Shown here one piece after another: positions 63,942 through 64,000 of a DNA stretch of 64,000 nucleotides; the stretch's first letter is position 1, and each line of letters opens with the position of its first letter. The notes beneath the pieces were generated by a model. That model searched no databases, was not told the origin of the DNA, and saw nothing but the letters and a program-made list of their open reading frames with translations. A program made the translations under genes and the position numbers. Source of the stretch: Phaeodactylibacter sp. (GTDB taxonomy: Bacteria > Bacteroidota > Bacteroidia > Chitinophagales > Saprospiraceae); the NCBI RefSeq assembly GCF_040219495.1, contig NZ_JAVJSK010000020.1, forward strand, positions 21,293-85,292, written 5' to 3'.

Positions 63942-64000
63942 ACAACGTTTTTTGAGCCAGAATAAACTTGCGCTCTTTTACTAAACGTAGAATAGCCACT

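Noticed and set aside
1-64000. Visual search for tRNA, rRNA, tmRNA, integrase/transposase genes and CRISPR-cas
   Set aside because: I recognised none. Absence is by eye only; tRNAscan-SE, Infernal and ISfinder searches would be needed to be sure.

Overview
The window looks like Bacteroidota chromosome. The evidence is T9SS type A and type B C-terminal sorting domains, SusC/STN-type TonB-dependent receptors, a FecR module and a DUF4248-like gene. The class is not determinable here. I saw no rRNA, tRNA or CRISPR array.

Gene content, left to right:
- an ECF sigma/anti-sigma pair
- an SF1 (UvrD-like) helicase with ankyrin repeats
- a 2258-aa T9SS adhesin
- a LytTR two-component system whose 3' end is duplicated around a small nucleotidyltransferase cassette
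- psuG
- a TPR membrane protein
- a complete type I Wadjet operon (jetABCD) directly preceded, 11 nt upstream, by a SWIM-SNF2 helicase gene
- a decayed AAA/PD-(D/E)XK gene
- a divergent three-gene operon: YqiJ/NfeD-like membrane protein, flotillin, and a 1608-aa coiled-coil AAA+ ATPase
- two visibly AT-richer islands
- an ENPP phosphodiesterase
- an HTTM/LD-carboxypeptidase/TonB-receptor/LysE block, with a degenerate, internally deleted second copy 4.8 kb upstream
- a metalloprotease-lipoprotein/FecR/STN-TonB-receptor module
- an AsmA-family giant protein

The best candidates for something undescribed are the flotillin-associated giant AAA+ operon and the SNF2-SWIM extension of Wadjet. Non-coding structure also stands out:
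- a hexamer-repeat cruciform between the flotillin and AAA+ genes
- a MITE-like repeat family, one copy overlapping the jetD stop codon
- a 427-bp inverted-repeat element
- a 4x GATC tandem repeat

Family calls come from motif recognition by eye. Hand-derived coordinates may be off by a few nt. No GC or identity values were computed beyond manual alignments.
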